NCBI GenBank assembly: GCA_041657885.1 | Contig: JBBABB010000001.1 | Span: 198,926 to 262,925, forward strand | Source: Minisyncoccota bacterium | GTDB taxonomy: Bacteria > Patescibacteriota > Minisyncoccia > Phycocordibacterales > UBA9973 | DNA: 64,000 bases | Direction of reading: 5' to 3' | Shown: piece by piece, positions 49,553 through 58,623 of the stretch | Position numbering within the stretch: position 1 is the first letter of the stretch | Layout: the number at the start of each line of letters is the position of its first letter | Position numbers and translations under genes: made by a program | Notes under the pieces: model-generated | Told to the model about the DNA's origin: nothing | Database searches by the model: none | Seen by the model: only the letters and a program-made list of their open reading frames with translations

Positions 49553-49697
49553 AAGTGAGTTTAATAAGTAAATGCAAAAACTTGCATTTTGTGTGTTTCC
49601 CCCTAAACTACGCTATAGCGTAGAATGTGGGGAAATGATTTAAGAAGAAAAGATACTATTAGGTGCGTAGTGCTGCGTTTACTTATTGAACTCACTT
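49553..49697. repeat. 145-nt element bounded by a 20-bp inverted repeat, with nested internal hairpins
   Basis: AAGTGAGTTTAATAAGTAAA ... TTTACTTATTGAACTCACTT; inner hairpins AAATGCAA/TTGCATTT and TTTCCCC(CTACGC-tata-GCGTAG)GGGGAAA. Confidence 0.5.
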
Positions 49698-49728
49698 AAA
49701 TTACACTTAAATGGTATAATAAAAGTAT

Positions 49729-50103
49729 GTGAAAAATACATATACTACAATCAGGCAAATTATTATCTTTATCCTTATTATTGTCATTATTGGAGCAATA
49801 GTTTTAAGTGTTAACCCTAAAAAAGAACATGTTATAGTCCCAGAGGATAATACAACTATAAATAACGGAAATGAGAAATTATTTGCTGAAAAATATATCA
49901 CAGATAACATAGGTACTATCGCAACCAATAAACCAGTTCTTGGTGGTTCTTGGTATGTTGTATTTATCATTGTAAACCCTATAACTCACACAGGAGAGGT
50001 CACATACGAAGATGGGCATATTCAAAGTAAGGCAAGCATCACATATTTATATCAAGAAAATCCGCAAAGTATTACAATTACAAAATGGGAGACGAGGGAA
50101 TAA
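49729..50103 (+). CDS. hypothetical secreted/membrane protein (GTG start)
   Basis: N-terminal TM; TGGTATAAT -10-like sequence upstream. Confidence 0.35.
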   Translation: MKNTYTTIRQIIIFILIIVIIGAIVLSVNPKKEHVIVPEDNTTINNGNEKLFAEKYITDNIGTIATNKPVLGGSWYVVFIIVNPITHTGEVTYEDGHIQSKASITYLYQENPQSITITKWETRE

Positions 50104-50158
50104 TATATAGTCGTTTCGCGGGATTATTAAAATTATTCGCGCTTTACCCCATACTTAC

Positions 50159-50200
50159 AGATAGAGCCTTAGACTCTATCTAGAGTCTAAGGCTCTATCT
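50159..50200. terminator. 42-nt perfect palindrome between convergent genes (bidirectional terminator or binding site)
   Basis: AGATAGAGCCTTAGACTCTA-tc-TAGAGTCTAAGGCTCTATCT, 20-bp arms. Confidence 0.6.
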
Positions 50201-50202
50201 CT

Positions 50203-50388
50203 TTATCGGTATTTCTCGCGCCAGTTATAATCTTCTTCTTCGTCGTCTTTCTTATCTACAATAGGAGTGCCACATTTTTGGCAAACCTCATCATAAGAAC
50301 GCAGTCCACAACGAGGACAAACTGGCTCTTTTACTTCAGGTTTTTCTCCATCGGAACCATATTTATTATTTATATCTTCTTCGTCCAT
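50203..50388 (-). CDS. small acidic zinc-ribbon protein (ORF track extends to 50463; likely start MDEEDINN)
   Basis: CPRCG...CQKCG four-Cys ribbon. Confidence 0.5.
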   Translation of the reverse strand: MDEEDINNKYGSDGEKPEVKEPVCPRCGLRSYDEVCQKCGTPIVDKKDDEEEDYNWREKYR

Positions 50389-50451
50389 TTTTATATTATA
50401 ATTGATTTTTAAATTTTTGGAAATAGTATATAATATAAATATTATTAATAA

Positions 50452-50476
50452 AAAGCTACACAAATTATATTCTGAA
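50452..50476 (+). promoter_or_regulatory. conserved 25-nt motif AAAGCTACACAAATTATATTCTGAA (copy B)
   Basis: see copy A at 34196. Confidence 0.4.
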
Positions 50477-50580
50477 AAAATAAAATTTGTTTCGCATTAA
50501 AAACTATATGGCAAAAGGAGATGGGCATAGAAAAGAGGTTAAGAAACCTAAAAAAGTAAAGAAGTAGTTTCTATAAAAAA

Positions 50581-50754
50581 GCTACATTGAAATAGTCTTA
50601 TCAAAGGGGCTTTGGAGTGAGGAAGCGAATACTTGGAGCTTCCGCAAGACCTTTTGAGATATCTTTGTAATCAAAGTATCCAAAAGGTGTACTGTTCCTG
50701 TAAGGAACGACGGTATACCCTTTGAGAAGAGCTATTTCAGTGTAGCTTTTTGCA
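50581..50754 (+). ncRNA. candidate structured RNA of unknown class upstream of eno
   Basis: 16-bp closing helix GCUACAUUGAAAUAGU/GCUAUUUCAGUGUAGC, inner helix CAAAGGG/CCCUUUG, three hairpins (GGAAGC/GCUUCC; CCUUUUG..CAAAAGG; GUUCCU/AGGAAC), then UUUUU. Confidence 0.45.
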
Positions 50755-50807
50755 TAAATTATATATATGTTGGAAAATCATTATTTTTATTATATAATAT
50801 AAGGAGT

Positions 50808-52040
50808 ATGGATAAGGATAAAAAAATCACAAACATAACAGCCGAGCAAATTCTTGATTCACGGGGGAACCCTACACTTAAGGTGTCTGTGTATGTAGGT
50901 GATATAGTCGGAAGTTTTGAAGTTCCATCAGGCGCAAGTACTGGTAAATATGAAGTATGCGAACTACGCGACGGAAAAGATAGTAAAAGTGGAGTTTCAA
51001 ATGCTATAGAAAAAATAGAATCTGTCATAAAAAAAGCGTTAGTAGGTATAGATATAGACCAGCAAAAACAAATAGATGAGATTATGATAAAACTCGATGG
51101 CACACCCCAGAAAACAAATCTTGGAGGTAATAGTATAATAGGAGTAAGTATTGCCGCTGCTAAAACTGCTGCCAAAGTGAGAAATATGGAAGTTTACGAA
51201 TACCTTAAAACTCTAGCTCTCATAACTCCATCTCGTAAAGAACCATTTTTATGTTTTAATCTTATAAACGGAGGCAAACACGCAGCCACAAAATTAGCTT
51301 TTCAAGAATTTCATATTGTTCCACAAGTAGAGACATCAAAAGAAAGTGTAGAAATTAGCCGAAACATCCAAAATAAATTAGACGAAATTCTAGAAAAAGA
51401 GTTTGGAGTAATTACCAAGGGAGATGAAGGTGGAGTAGCACTAGATGTAGAAGATGTATTTACACCACTTACATTAATGAAAAAAGTTGTTCTAAAATTA
51501 GGTTATAGCGACAAAATTAAATTTGCTCTTGATGTCGCTGCCAGTTCTTTTTATGACTATGATAGAGATGTGTATAAATTTATGGACCGAGATTGGACTA
51601 AAGATGAGATGATAAATCTTTATGGAAAAATTTGTGCTGATTTCCCAATGATTTTTATAGAAGATCCATTTAATGAAGAAGATTATGAGGGCTTCGCTAA
51701 ACTTCAACAAAAAATTGGAGATGTGAAATTGATAGGAGACGATCTTACTGTCACCAATAAAGATAAACTAAAAAAAGCTATAGATAAAAAAAGTATAAGG
51801 GGTATTATTATTAAACCAAATCAAATTGGCACACTAAGTGAGACGCTTGATACCATGAAACTTGCTCGTGATAATAATATAGATTGTATTGTGAGTCACA
51901 GAAGCGGGGAAACGATGGATGATTTTATTGGTGACCTAACGTGTGCTTTTGGATGCTTTGGTATTAAAGCAGGTGCACTAGGACCTCGAGAGCGAAATGT
52001 AAAATATGAAAGAATTATTAACATAACAAAGCTACATTAA
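50808..52040 (+). CDS. eno: enolase
   Basis: N-terminal EQILDSRGNPT, C-terminal SHRSGET motif. Confidence 0.88.
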   Translation: MDKDKKITNITAEQILDSRGNPTLKVSVYVGDIVGSFEVPSGASTGKYEVCELRDGKDSKSGVSNAIEKIESVIKKALVGIDIDQQKQIDEIMIKLDGTPQKTNLGGNSIIGVSIAAAKTAAKVRNMEVYEYLKTLALITPSRKEPFLCFNLINGGKHAATKLAFQEFHIVPQVETSKESVEISRNIQNKLDEILEKEFGVITKGDEGGVALDVEDVFTPLTLMKKVVLKLGYSDKIKFALDVAASSFYDYDRDVYKFMDRDWTKDEMINLYGKICADFPMIFIEDPFNEEDYEGFAKLQQKIGDVKLIGDDLTVTNKDKLKKAIDKKSIRGIIIKPNQIGTLSETLDTMKLARDNNIDCIVSHRSGETMDDFIGDLTCAFGCFGIKAGALGPRERNVKYERIINITKLH

Positions 52041-52049
52041 AATAAATAT

Positions 52050-52847
52050 ATGGAATCCATAACAAAAATAATCGCAACCATAGGACCAGTTAGTAATAAT
52101 AGAGAAACTATTACCGAAATGATAAAACATCATATGGATATAGCTCGCTTGAATTTCTCGTGGGGTACTCACCAGTGGCATGGCGATATTATAAAAAATA
52201 TTCGTGAAATTGCTAAAGAGAATAATTTATCTATTCCTATTATTCAAGATTTATCTGGACCAAGAGTTCAAAAGGGTGATGGACATCATTTCGGTGGAGA
52301 GAATGGAGAAGAAATAATTACAGAAAAAGATGTGGATGACTTATCTTTTGGAATAGAACAGGAAGTAGAATATGTGGCCTTGTCTTTTGTCGGCACAGCC
52401 CATGATGTTATTAAATTAAAAGAAATTATAAAAGAAAAAGGAGGTAATCAAAAAGTTATATCCAAAATAGAACGTAAGTTGGCATATGAAAATTTAGATT
52501 CCATTATAAAAGAATCAGATGGCATAATGGTTGCGAGAGGGGACTTAGGTAATGAATTTCCACTTGAAGAAATTCCTTTCATTCAACATCGTATTATACA
52601 AGAATGCAAAAAAGCAGGAAAAATGGTTATTGTTGCCACTCAGATGCTTCTATCTATGGTAGATAGTCCAACTCCAACTCGCGCTGAAGTTTCAGATGTT
52701 GCCTATGCAATACTTGATGGAGCTGATGGCATTATGCTTTCAGAAGAATCAGCAAAAGGGAAATACCCAGTGGAAGCAGTAGCAATGATGGAGAAAATTG
52801 CTTTGGTCGCAGAAAAGCACAAAAATAAAGATATTAGTATTATTTAA
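52050..52847 (+). CDS. pyk: pyruvate kinase, minimal form (A-domain barrel only; lid and C-terminal domains reduced or absent)
   Basis: [14 protein letters not shown] and [12 protein letters not shown] motifs; 265 aa. Confidence 0.75.
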   Translation: MESITKIIATIGPVSNNRETITEMIKHHMDIARLNFSWGTHQWHGDIIKNIREIAKENNLSIPIIQDLSGPRVQKGDGHHFGGENGEEIITEKDVDDLSFGIEQEVEYVALSFVGTAHDVIKLKEIIKEKGGNQKVISKIERKLAYENLDSIIKESDGIMVARGDLGNEFPLEEIPFIQHRIIQECKKAGKMVIVATQMLLSMVDSPTPTRAEVSDVAYAILDGADGIMLSEESAKGKYPVEAVAMMEKIALVAEKHKNKDISII

Positions 52848-52855
52848 TTTAATAA

Positions 52856-52880
52856 AAAGCTTCACAAATTATATTATGAA
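52856..52880 (+). promoter_or_regulatory. conserved 25-nt motif AAAGCTTCACAAATTATATTATGAA (copy C), overlapping the dehydrogenase ATG
   Basis: see copy A at 34196. Confidence 0.4.
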
Positions 52881-53847
52881 TAAACAAATTTATATTACAA
52901 GAAAAATTCCAGAAGCAGGACTTAAGTTGTTAAGAGAAAAAGGAATAACTTTTGATATGGGAATATCAAAAGTTCCTCCGACTAAAAAAGAAATTATAAA
53001 AGCATTGAAGAAAAAACCTTATAACGGTGTTATTTCTTTTTTAACAGACCATATAGACGCGGAAGTTTTCGATGCTTGTTCAACTGCCAAAGTTTTTGCC
53101 AACTTTTCTGTTGGCTTTGATAATTTTGATTTAGATGAAGCTAAAAAAAGAAATATTTGTATATCAAATACTCCAGGAACTTCAGCCACGGCCGTAGCTG
53201 AGCATACAGTGGCTCTTATGCTTGCTCTCACAACTCGTTTGGTAGAAGGCGATAAATTTATGTGTAAAGGTAAATTCAAAGGTTGGGATCCAAATTTATT
53301 TATAGGGACAGACATGAAAGGAAAAACAATTGGACTAATCGGTGCTGGCCAAATAGGAACCGAGGTTGCTAAAATATTACATTATGGTTTCGGTTCAAAA
53401 ATTATATATAGTGACATATCTCCAAACCCAACACTAGAACAAATAATAGGGCCAGCAAGAAAAGAAACTGCCGAGATTCTCCGCGTGGCTGATATTGTAT
53501 CTCTTCATGTTCCATTACTTCCTACAACCCACCATCTCATAAACAAAGAAACACTTGCCACAATGAAAAAAACTGCATTTTTAATTAACACATCAAGGGG
53601 TCCAGTTGTTGATGAAAAAGCATTAGTATATGCACTCGAAAATAATATTATTCGTGGGGCGGCATTAGATGTCTTTGAATTCGAACCCAAATTATCTAAG
53701 GGGCTTATAAAATTACCAGATGTAATTATTACTCCTCATATCGCTTCAGCTCGTCAAACAGCTCGCGATATGATGGCCGAAATTGCCGCGAAAAACATCA
53801 TTTCAGCTCTTGAAACAGGAATAGTTATCAACAGTGTTATAAAATAG
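52876..53847 (+). CDS. D-isomer-specific 2-hydroxyacid dehydrogenase (glycerate/phosphoglycerate dehydrogenase-like)
   Basis: NAD-binding GLIGAGQIG and catalytic His/Glu/Arg region; ORF track starts at 52798. Confidence 0.85.
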   Translation: MNKQIYITRKIPEAGLKLLREKGITFDMGISKVPPTKKEIIKALKKKPYNGVISFLTDHIDAEVFDACSTAKVFANFSVGFDNFDLDEAKKRNICISNTPGTSATAVAEHTVALMLALTTRLVEGDKFMCKGKFKGWDPNLFIGTDMKGKTIGLIGAGQIGTEVAKILHYGFGSKIIYSDISPNPTLEQIIGPARKETAEILRVADIVSLHVPLLPTTHHLINKETLATMKKTAFLINTSRGPVVDEKALVYALENNIIRGAALDVFEFEPKLSKGLIKLPDVIITPHIASARQTARDMMAEIAAKNIISALETGIVINSVIK

Positions 53848-53931
53848 ATAAAACCCTTATTAAATATACTCTTAATAAATAAGGGTTTTTTGTTACTTGT
53901 GTTATGAATAAAAAGGTATAAAATTATCTGT

Positions 53932-54843
53932 ATGAGAAAAAATATAAAATATAGTGTATCGTCAATTATTATAATATTATCATTAATGTTAGGTTATGTA
54001 GTGTACGCAGAAGAAAATGAGGGGGTAAATAATGAAATTAGAAATAAAATAAGGGAAGTAAAAGGCGAATTAAAAACTCCCAAAATAGAGGTTGAGGAAG
54101 AACAAAATGAACTTAAGGACGATGATGAGATTAAGGATGATGAAGAAGAAATAAAAGATGAGTCAGAAAACAAAAGAGAAGAAGTTAAAAATCAAATAGA
54201 AAAAATAAAAACTGAACTAGAGCTAAAAAGAGAAGAATATAAAAATCAAATGGAAGCTGTTCTAGAATCAGTAAAAACAAAAAGAGAGGAATTTAAAAAT
54301 GGAATTGAATTAAATAAAGAAGAAGCTAAAATAAAGATTGAAGCAATGAAAGCGAGTTTCAAAGAAAGTCTTAATAAAATAAAGGATGAAAATAAAAAAA
54401 TATCTGCAGAGAAAATTGTAGAGACAATTCAAGCTTTAAATACAAAATTTACAGATCAATTTTCTAGCAAAATAGATCAAATTGAAAATGTACTTGTAAG
54501 TATAGAATCTCGTATTACTAAAGCAGAAAGCATGGGCTTGGATTTATCAACTGTAAAAACCGAAGTAGAGAAAGCAAAACTTGCTATAACTGACGCGAGA
54601 AGTGCTGTGTCGGCTCAATCAAAAAAAGTTTATAGTGTAAATGTCACAAGTGATTCAGCTCTCAAAGCTGAAATGAAAACTCTTCGTGATACATTTAGTA
54701 AAGATATCAAAGCGTTACGAGAAGTGGTCAAATTAGCTCATATTGCAGTAAAAACTACTGCAACAACACTGGCTCAAATTCCAAGGATAGATGAGAGTGG
54801 TGTAGTTTCTACTAAAGTCGAAGATAATAATACTAATGACTAA
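53932..54843 (+). CDS. hypothetical secreted coiled-coil protein
   Basis: signal/TM plus acidic Lys/Glu-rich heptads. Confidence 0.4.
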   Translation: MRKNIKYSVSSIIIILSLMLGYVVYAEENEGVNNEIRNKIREVKGELKTPKIEVEEEQNELKDDDEIKDDEEEIKDESENKREEVKNQIEKIKTELELKREEYKNQMEAVLESVKTKREEFKNGIELNKEEAKIKIEAMKASFKESLNKIKDENKKISAEKIVETIQALNTKFTDQFSSKIDQIENVLVSIESRITKAESMGLDLSTVKTEVEKAKLAITDARSAVSAQSKKVYSVNVTSDSALKAEMKTLRDTFSKDIKALREVVKLAHIAVKTTATTLAQIPRIDESGVVSTKVEDNNTND

Positions 54844-55102
54844 ATATATTATGAATAAAAAAAATAATTTAACTATTGTAGCAGTCATCGTTATCATTCT
54901 TGCGGTTATAATTATAATCGTTTTGAAAAATGGTAATCAAAAAATAGAACCACAGCCATTAAGTCAATCAGACATTGAGCTTAATCAAGCTGTAAAATCT
55001 GACACTACAAAATCTATAACCGATAACATTAATAGTATTAATGTAGAGGATACAACTAGTGTAGATTTAGTACCTGTGGACCAGGAATTACAGAAACTTT
55101 AA
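54836..55102 (+). CDS. hypothetical membrane-anchored protein
   Basis: single TM. Confidence 0.35.
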   Translation: MTKYIMNKKNNLTIVAVIVIILAVIIIIVLKNGNQKIEPQPLSQSDIELNQAVKSDTTKSITDNINSINVEDTTSVDLVPVDQELQKL

Positions 55103-55147
55103 TTTTTGAATTTATAAAACTCTTTCTTGGTATAGTTTTAGAGTATA

Positions 55148-56314
55148 ATGATATGTATGCCAGAGCCATTAGCATCCAAAATTAGACCACAGAATTTGAC
55201 CGAATTTGTAGGTCAAGAGCATCTTGTGGGTAAAAATAAACCTCTTTCTATTGCTATAGAGCAAGGACATGTGTTTTCATTTATTCTTTGGGGACCACCT
55301 GGAGTTGGTAAAACTACATTGGCCAAGATTTATGCTAAATCACTAAATGCCGACTATCATGAACTTTCGGCTGTTTCTGCGGGTAAAGATGATATTAGGC
55401 AGATTGTAGATTCATCATCTAAAGGGAGCGGAACACTTTTAGGTCCAAAAATTCTTTTTCTTGATGAGATACATCGCTTCAACAAAGCTCAACAAGATTT
55501 TCTATTACCTTATGTTGAGAGTGGACGATTGGTACTCATTGGTGCAACAACAGAGAATCCAAGTTTTGAAGTTATTCCTGCGCTACTATCCCGTTTGCGA
55601 GTTTTTGTTTTGGAAGAACTATCAAGTGATGAGATGAGAAAGATTATTAAATCTACCGGTTTCAAAATTAAAAAAGATGCGATTGATTGGCTTATCTCTA
55701 TGTCAGGCGGAGATGCTCGTCAAGCAATCGCGATGATAGAAAATACTTCTTCACTCTATAAAGAAATAAATATTGAAAATTTTAAAAATACTCTTCAGTC
55801 AAAATTTTTACGTTATGATAAGAGGGGAGACGAGCATTACAATACGATAAGTGCTTTTATAAAAAGTATGCGAGCTAGCCAACCAGACCCCACTTTATAT
55901 TATTTGTCAAGAATGATAGCAGCGGGGGAAGATCCAAAATTTATTGCTAGACGTATGGTAATTTTTGCTAGTGAAGATATTGGATTGGCCCAGCCAACAG
56001 CTTTAGTAGTGGCCAATGAGGTCTTTAAGGCCGTAGAAACAATCGGATATCCAGAATGTGGTATAAACCTTGCCCATGGAGCAGTTTATTTGGCTCAAGC
56101 CAAGAAAGATAGAAGCGCTTATGAGGCCTTTAGAATGGCCCAGGAAGACGTTTTAAGGTATGGGAACCTACCAATACCACTTAATTTAAGAAATGCACCT
56201 ACAAAGCTTATGAAGGAATTGAACTATGGAAAAGGATATGAGAAATATACAGATAAGAGTTTAATGCCTGATAAATTAAAGAATAAAAAGTATCTTAAGA
56301 AAAAGGGGGAATAA
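55148..56314 (+). CDS. rarA: replication-associated recombination protein A (AAA+)
   Basis: Walker [12 protein letters not shown], MgsA-type C-terminal domains. Confidence 0.88.
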   Translation: MICMPEPLASKIRPQNLTEFVGQEHLVGKNKPLSIAIEQGHVFSFILWGPPGVGKTTLAKIYAKSLNADYHELSAVSAGKDDIRQIVDSSSKGSGTLLGPKILFLDEIHRFNKAQQDFLLPYVESGRLVLIGATTENPSFEVIPALLSRLRVFVLEELSSDEMRKIIKSTGFKIKKDAIDWLISMSGGDARQAIAMIENTSSLYKEINIENFKNTLQSKFLRYDKRGDEHYNTISAFIKSMRASQPDPTLYYLSRMIAAGEDPKFIARRMVIFASEDIGLAQPTALVVANEVFKAVETIGYPECGINLAHGAVYLAQAKKDRSAYEAFRMAQEDVLRYGNLPIPLNLRNAPTKLMKELNYGKGYEKYTDKSLMPDKLKNKKYLKKKGE

Positions 56315-56378
56315 GTAATTAAAATATATTAATAAATTATTTAAAGATTAAATATAAACGAAGTGAGAGCCATATTTT

Positions 56379-56466
56379 ACGACATAACATGTTGCAAAAT
56401 ATGGCTAATCTTTTACGACATTATAGTTTGTCCCAAACTTAATGTCGTAAAAGATATAATGTGCGA
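56379..56466. repeat. two adjacent hairpins sharing the 11-mer TTTTACGACAT
   Basis: AGCCATATTTT...AAAATATGGCT (11 bp) and ATCTTTTACGACATTA...TAATGTCGTAAAAGAT (16 bp) between convergent genes. Confidence 0.5.
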
Positions 56467-56535
56467 CACTATGCTATATTTTAAATACAGCCATAAATAG
56501 CTCTTGACACTACCCTATTGGTGTATAAAACAAGA

Positions 56536-57435
56536 TTACTGATTATTTGAAATACAAAGATTGAATGCGCGGATTTGATTATTATAATCATTTATTTTTT
56601 GTTTTATATCTTTTATTAAATTATTATAAGTATTTATTAAACTATTATATGTATTAATTTGTTCAGAATAGGTCATCCCCTCGTATAAAACCCTCTTATT
56701 TATCATATCGAGTCGTAAAGTAAGATTTTCTTCCATTTCTTTTATTTTATTTTGGTCAAGGCCAATAACTCCAAAAAGAACTTGGTCGATAATTGGACAG
56801 ATACTTCTTGGTGTACCAAAATGCTGAACTGCCATCCAAATATCTTTACCTTCAAAATTACCCTTGCCCACAGCCACACCAATCTCAGTATAATGTTCGT
56901 TTAGAATATTCGCACGATGACCAACACTTGCCATCCATGCATCAACGAGAGATAAGTCATCTTTAAAGTTTCCTAACGCCAAATTCTCTCCAATTAAGAT
57001 ATATTCATACCCAACTTCTTCCCCTAAATCTCCCACACCTATACCCTTTGGAGATACATGCTCAAAATATTGACTAGTAAACATATCTTGTAATTTTTTC
57101 TCTGCTGATAAATCTAATTTCTGATTCTCTGTTAACAGAGGCAAGTTACCATTTTCATATCTTTCTTTATTAGTTAGTTTGATAACATTATCCTTGGATA
57201 ATATTATATTACTATTTATATTTAGAAAATTATTAACAACTCGAAGAGCTCCGGGTGTATCAACCTTACCTGGTAATTGTACTTCTTTTTTTTCTATTAA
57301 GTTAATTACTAAACTCTGATTATTTTTATTTAAATAAGAATAAACTTTATCTATGGCTGATTTAATATCGTCTTTTATAATAAAAAGAGATAATACTACA
57401 AAAATAATTATAAAAATTTGATAAAATTTTTTCAT
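56536..57435 (-). CDS. CAP/SCP/PR1-domain secreted protein with N-terminal TM
   Basis: GENLALG...WMASVGHRANILNEHYTEIGV CAP motifs. Confidence 0.65.
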   Translation of the reverse strand: MKKFYQIFIIIFVVLSLFIIKDDIKSAIDKVYSYLNKNNQSLVINLIEKKEVQLPGKVDTPGALRVVNNFLNINSNIILSKDNVIKLTNKERYENGNLPLLTENQKLDLSAEKKLQDMFTSQYFEHVSPKGIGVGDLGEEVGYEYILIGENLALGNFKDDLSLVDAWMASVGHRANILNEHYTEIGVAVGKGNFEGKDIWMAVQHFGTPRSICPIIDQVLFGVIGLDQNKIKEMEENLTLRLDMINKRVLYEGMTYSEQINTYNSLINTYNNLIKDIKQKINDYNNQIRAFNLCISNNQ

Positions 57436-57438
57436 ATA

Positions 57439-57846
57439 TTATTTACACGTAGATGACATATTATATCCGGATTTTTCTGCATCCTCTGTCGTACTAAACC
57501 AAACCTCATTTTCTGGTTTAATACGCTTAGCTCCACTGCAACCTAAACTGTAATACATTTTACCATTTTTTGAGGCCACATACCTCTTTTCTGCCAATTG
57601 TGTAGGTTGTGTTGAAGAAATTTTACTATCTTTTGTGTTTTGGTTTTTTAATAAGTTTTCTGTTTCTGTTATAGTTATATTACTATTACTATTTTCATTA
57701 AAACTATTACCTACAGAAAGTCTTCCTAAACCAAAGGAACTAATCCCCACCCCTACTATTATAAATAGAAACAAAATGGTTAATTTGTCAATACCAATTT
57801 TGCTCTTGATTTTATGTATTAAATTAGGTATACTCATACAGTTCAA
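57439..57846 (-). CDS. hypothetical secreted protein with C-terminal Cys-containing motif
   Basis: GKMYYSLGCSGAKRIKPENEVWFSTTEDAEKSGYNMSSTCK. Confidence 0.4.
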   Translation of the reverse strand: MNCMSIPNLIHKIKSKIGIDKLTILFLFIIVGVGISSFGLGRLSVGNSFNENSNSNITITETENLLKNQNTKDSKISSTQPTQLAEKRYVASKNGKMYYSLGCSGAKRIKPENEVWFSTTEDAEKSGYNMSSTCK

Positions 57847-57908
57847 TTATAAATTATTCAAATGTAGTTTGCTAGTACCTAAAAGCTAGAACCTACAACC
57901 TAATTTTT

Positions 57909-58181
57909 ATGGCACATAGAAAAGCTGGGGGTTCGGCCAAAAACTTAACAGATTCAAATCCAAAGTATCTCGGTACGAAGCTTTATACTGGGGAGAAAGC
58001 AAAGGCGGGTTCAATTATCGTTCGTCAACGCGGGACAAAGATTCTTCCTGGAAATAATGTAGGACTTGGAAGAGACCACACACTCTTTTCTCTAAAAGAA
58101 GGAATTGTTAAATATGGAACAAAAAGAAAAATAAATTTTAACAGAACATTTTCAATTAAAAAAATCGTCCACGTTATATAG
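57909..58181 (+). CDS. rpmA: 50S ribosomal protein L27
   Basis: [12 protein letters not shown]...[10 protein letters not shown]. Confidence 0.92.
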   Translation: MAHRKAGGSAKNLTDSNPKYLGTKLYTGEKAKAGSIIVRQRGTKILPGNNVGLGRDHTLFSLKEGIVKYGTKRKINFNRTFSIKKIVHVI

Positions 58182-58614
58182 CTTCTATTATTATTTCACA
58201 CTCCCCTCTTTTATCACCTTTTTTTATGGATACTGTATAAGGACCAAGATTTTTAATATGATCCATGATTAGTGAACTTTCATCAATATTAACTCCAGAA
58301 ATTTCTTTAATAGCTAAAACTACATCTTTGGGTCCAACTGCTTTAAATAAATGACCTTTCTCGTTTGCCTTGGCTTTTATTGTAATAGTCTTACCACCTA
58401 CAGATGCAATTAAATCAAAGAACGATTTCATTTCTTCTTCTTTTTTCTTCTCCGTTTGTCTTTTTCTATCTTCTAACTTAGCAAGTTCTGCCTTGGTCGC
58501 AAGGCAAGCTAAACCCTTAGACAAAAAAACATTCTGAGCGTATCCTTCTTTGAAATCTTTTACATCATATTTATTGCCAATTTTTGGTATATCTGTAAGC
58601 AAAATAATTTTCAT
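58174..58614 (-). CDS. rplI: 50S ribosomal protein L9
   Basis: [31 protein letters not shown]-domain. Confidence 0.85.
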   Translation of the reverse strand: MKIILLTDIPKIGNKYDVKDFKEGYAQNVFLSKGLACLATKAELAKLEDRKRQTEKKKEEEMKSFFDLIASVGGKTITIKAKANEKGHLFKAVGPKDVVLAIKEISGVNIDESSLIMDHIKNLGPYTVSIKKGDKRGECEIIIEAI

Positions 58615-58623
58615 GTTCTTTAT

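Noticed and set aside
50581-50754. Fluoride (crcB) riboswitch upstream of eno, since enolase is fluoride sensitive
   Set aside because: The conserved crcB-motif features (GAUGG...CUGAUG...CUAC pseudoknot core, about 52 nt) are absent, and the element is about 170 nt with a different helix layout.
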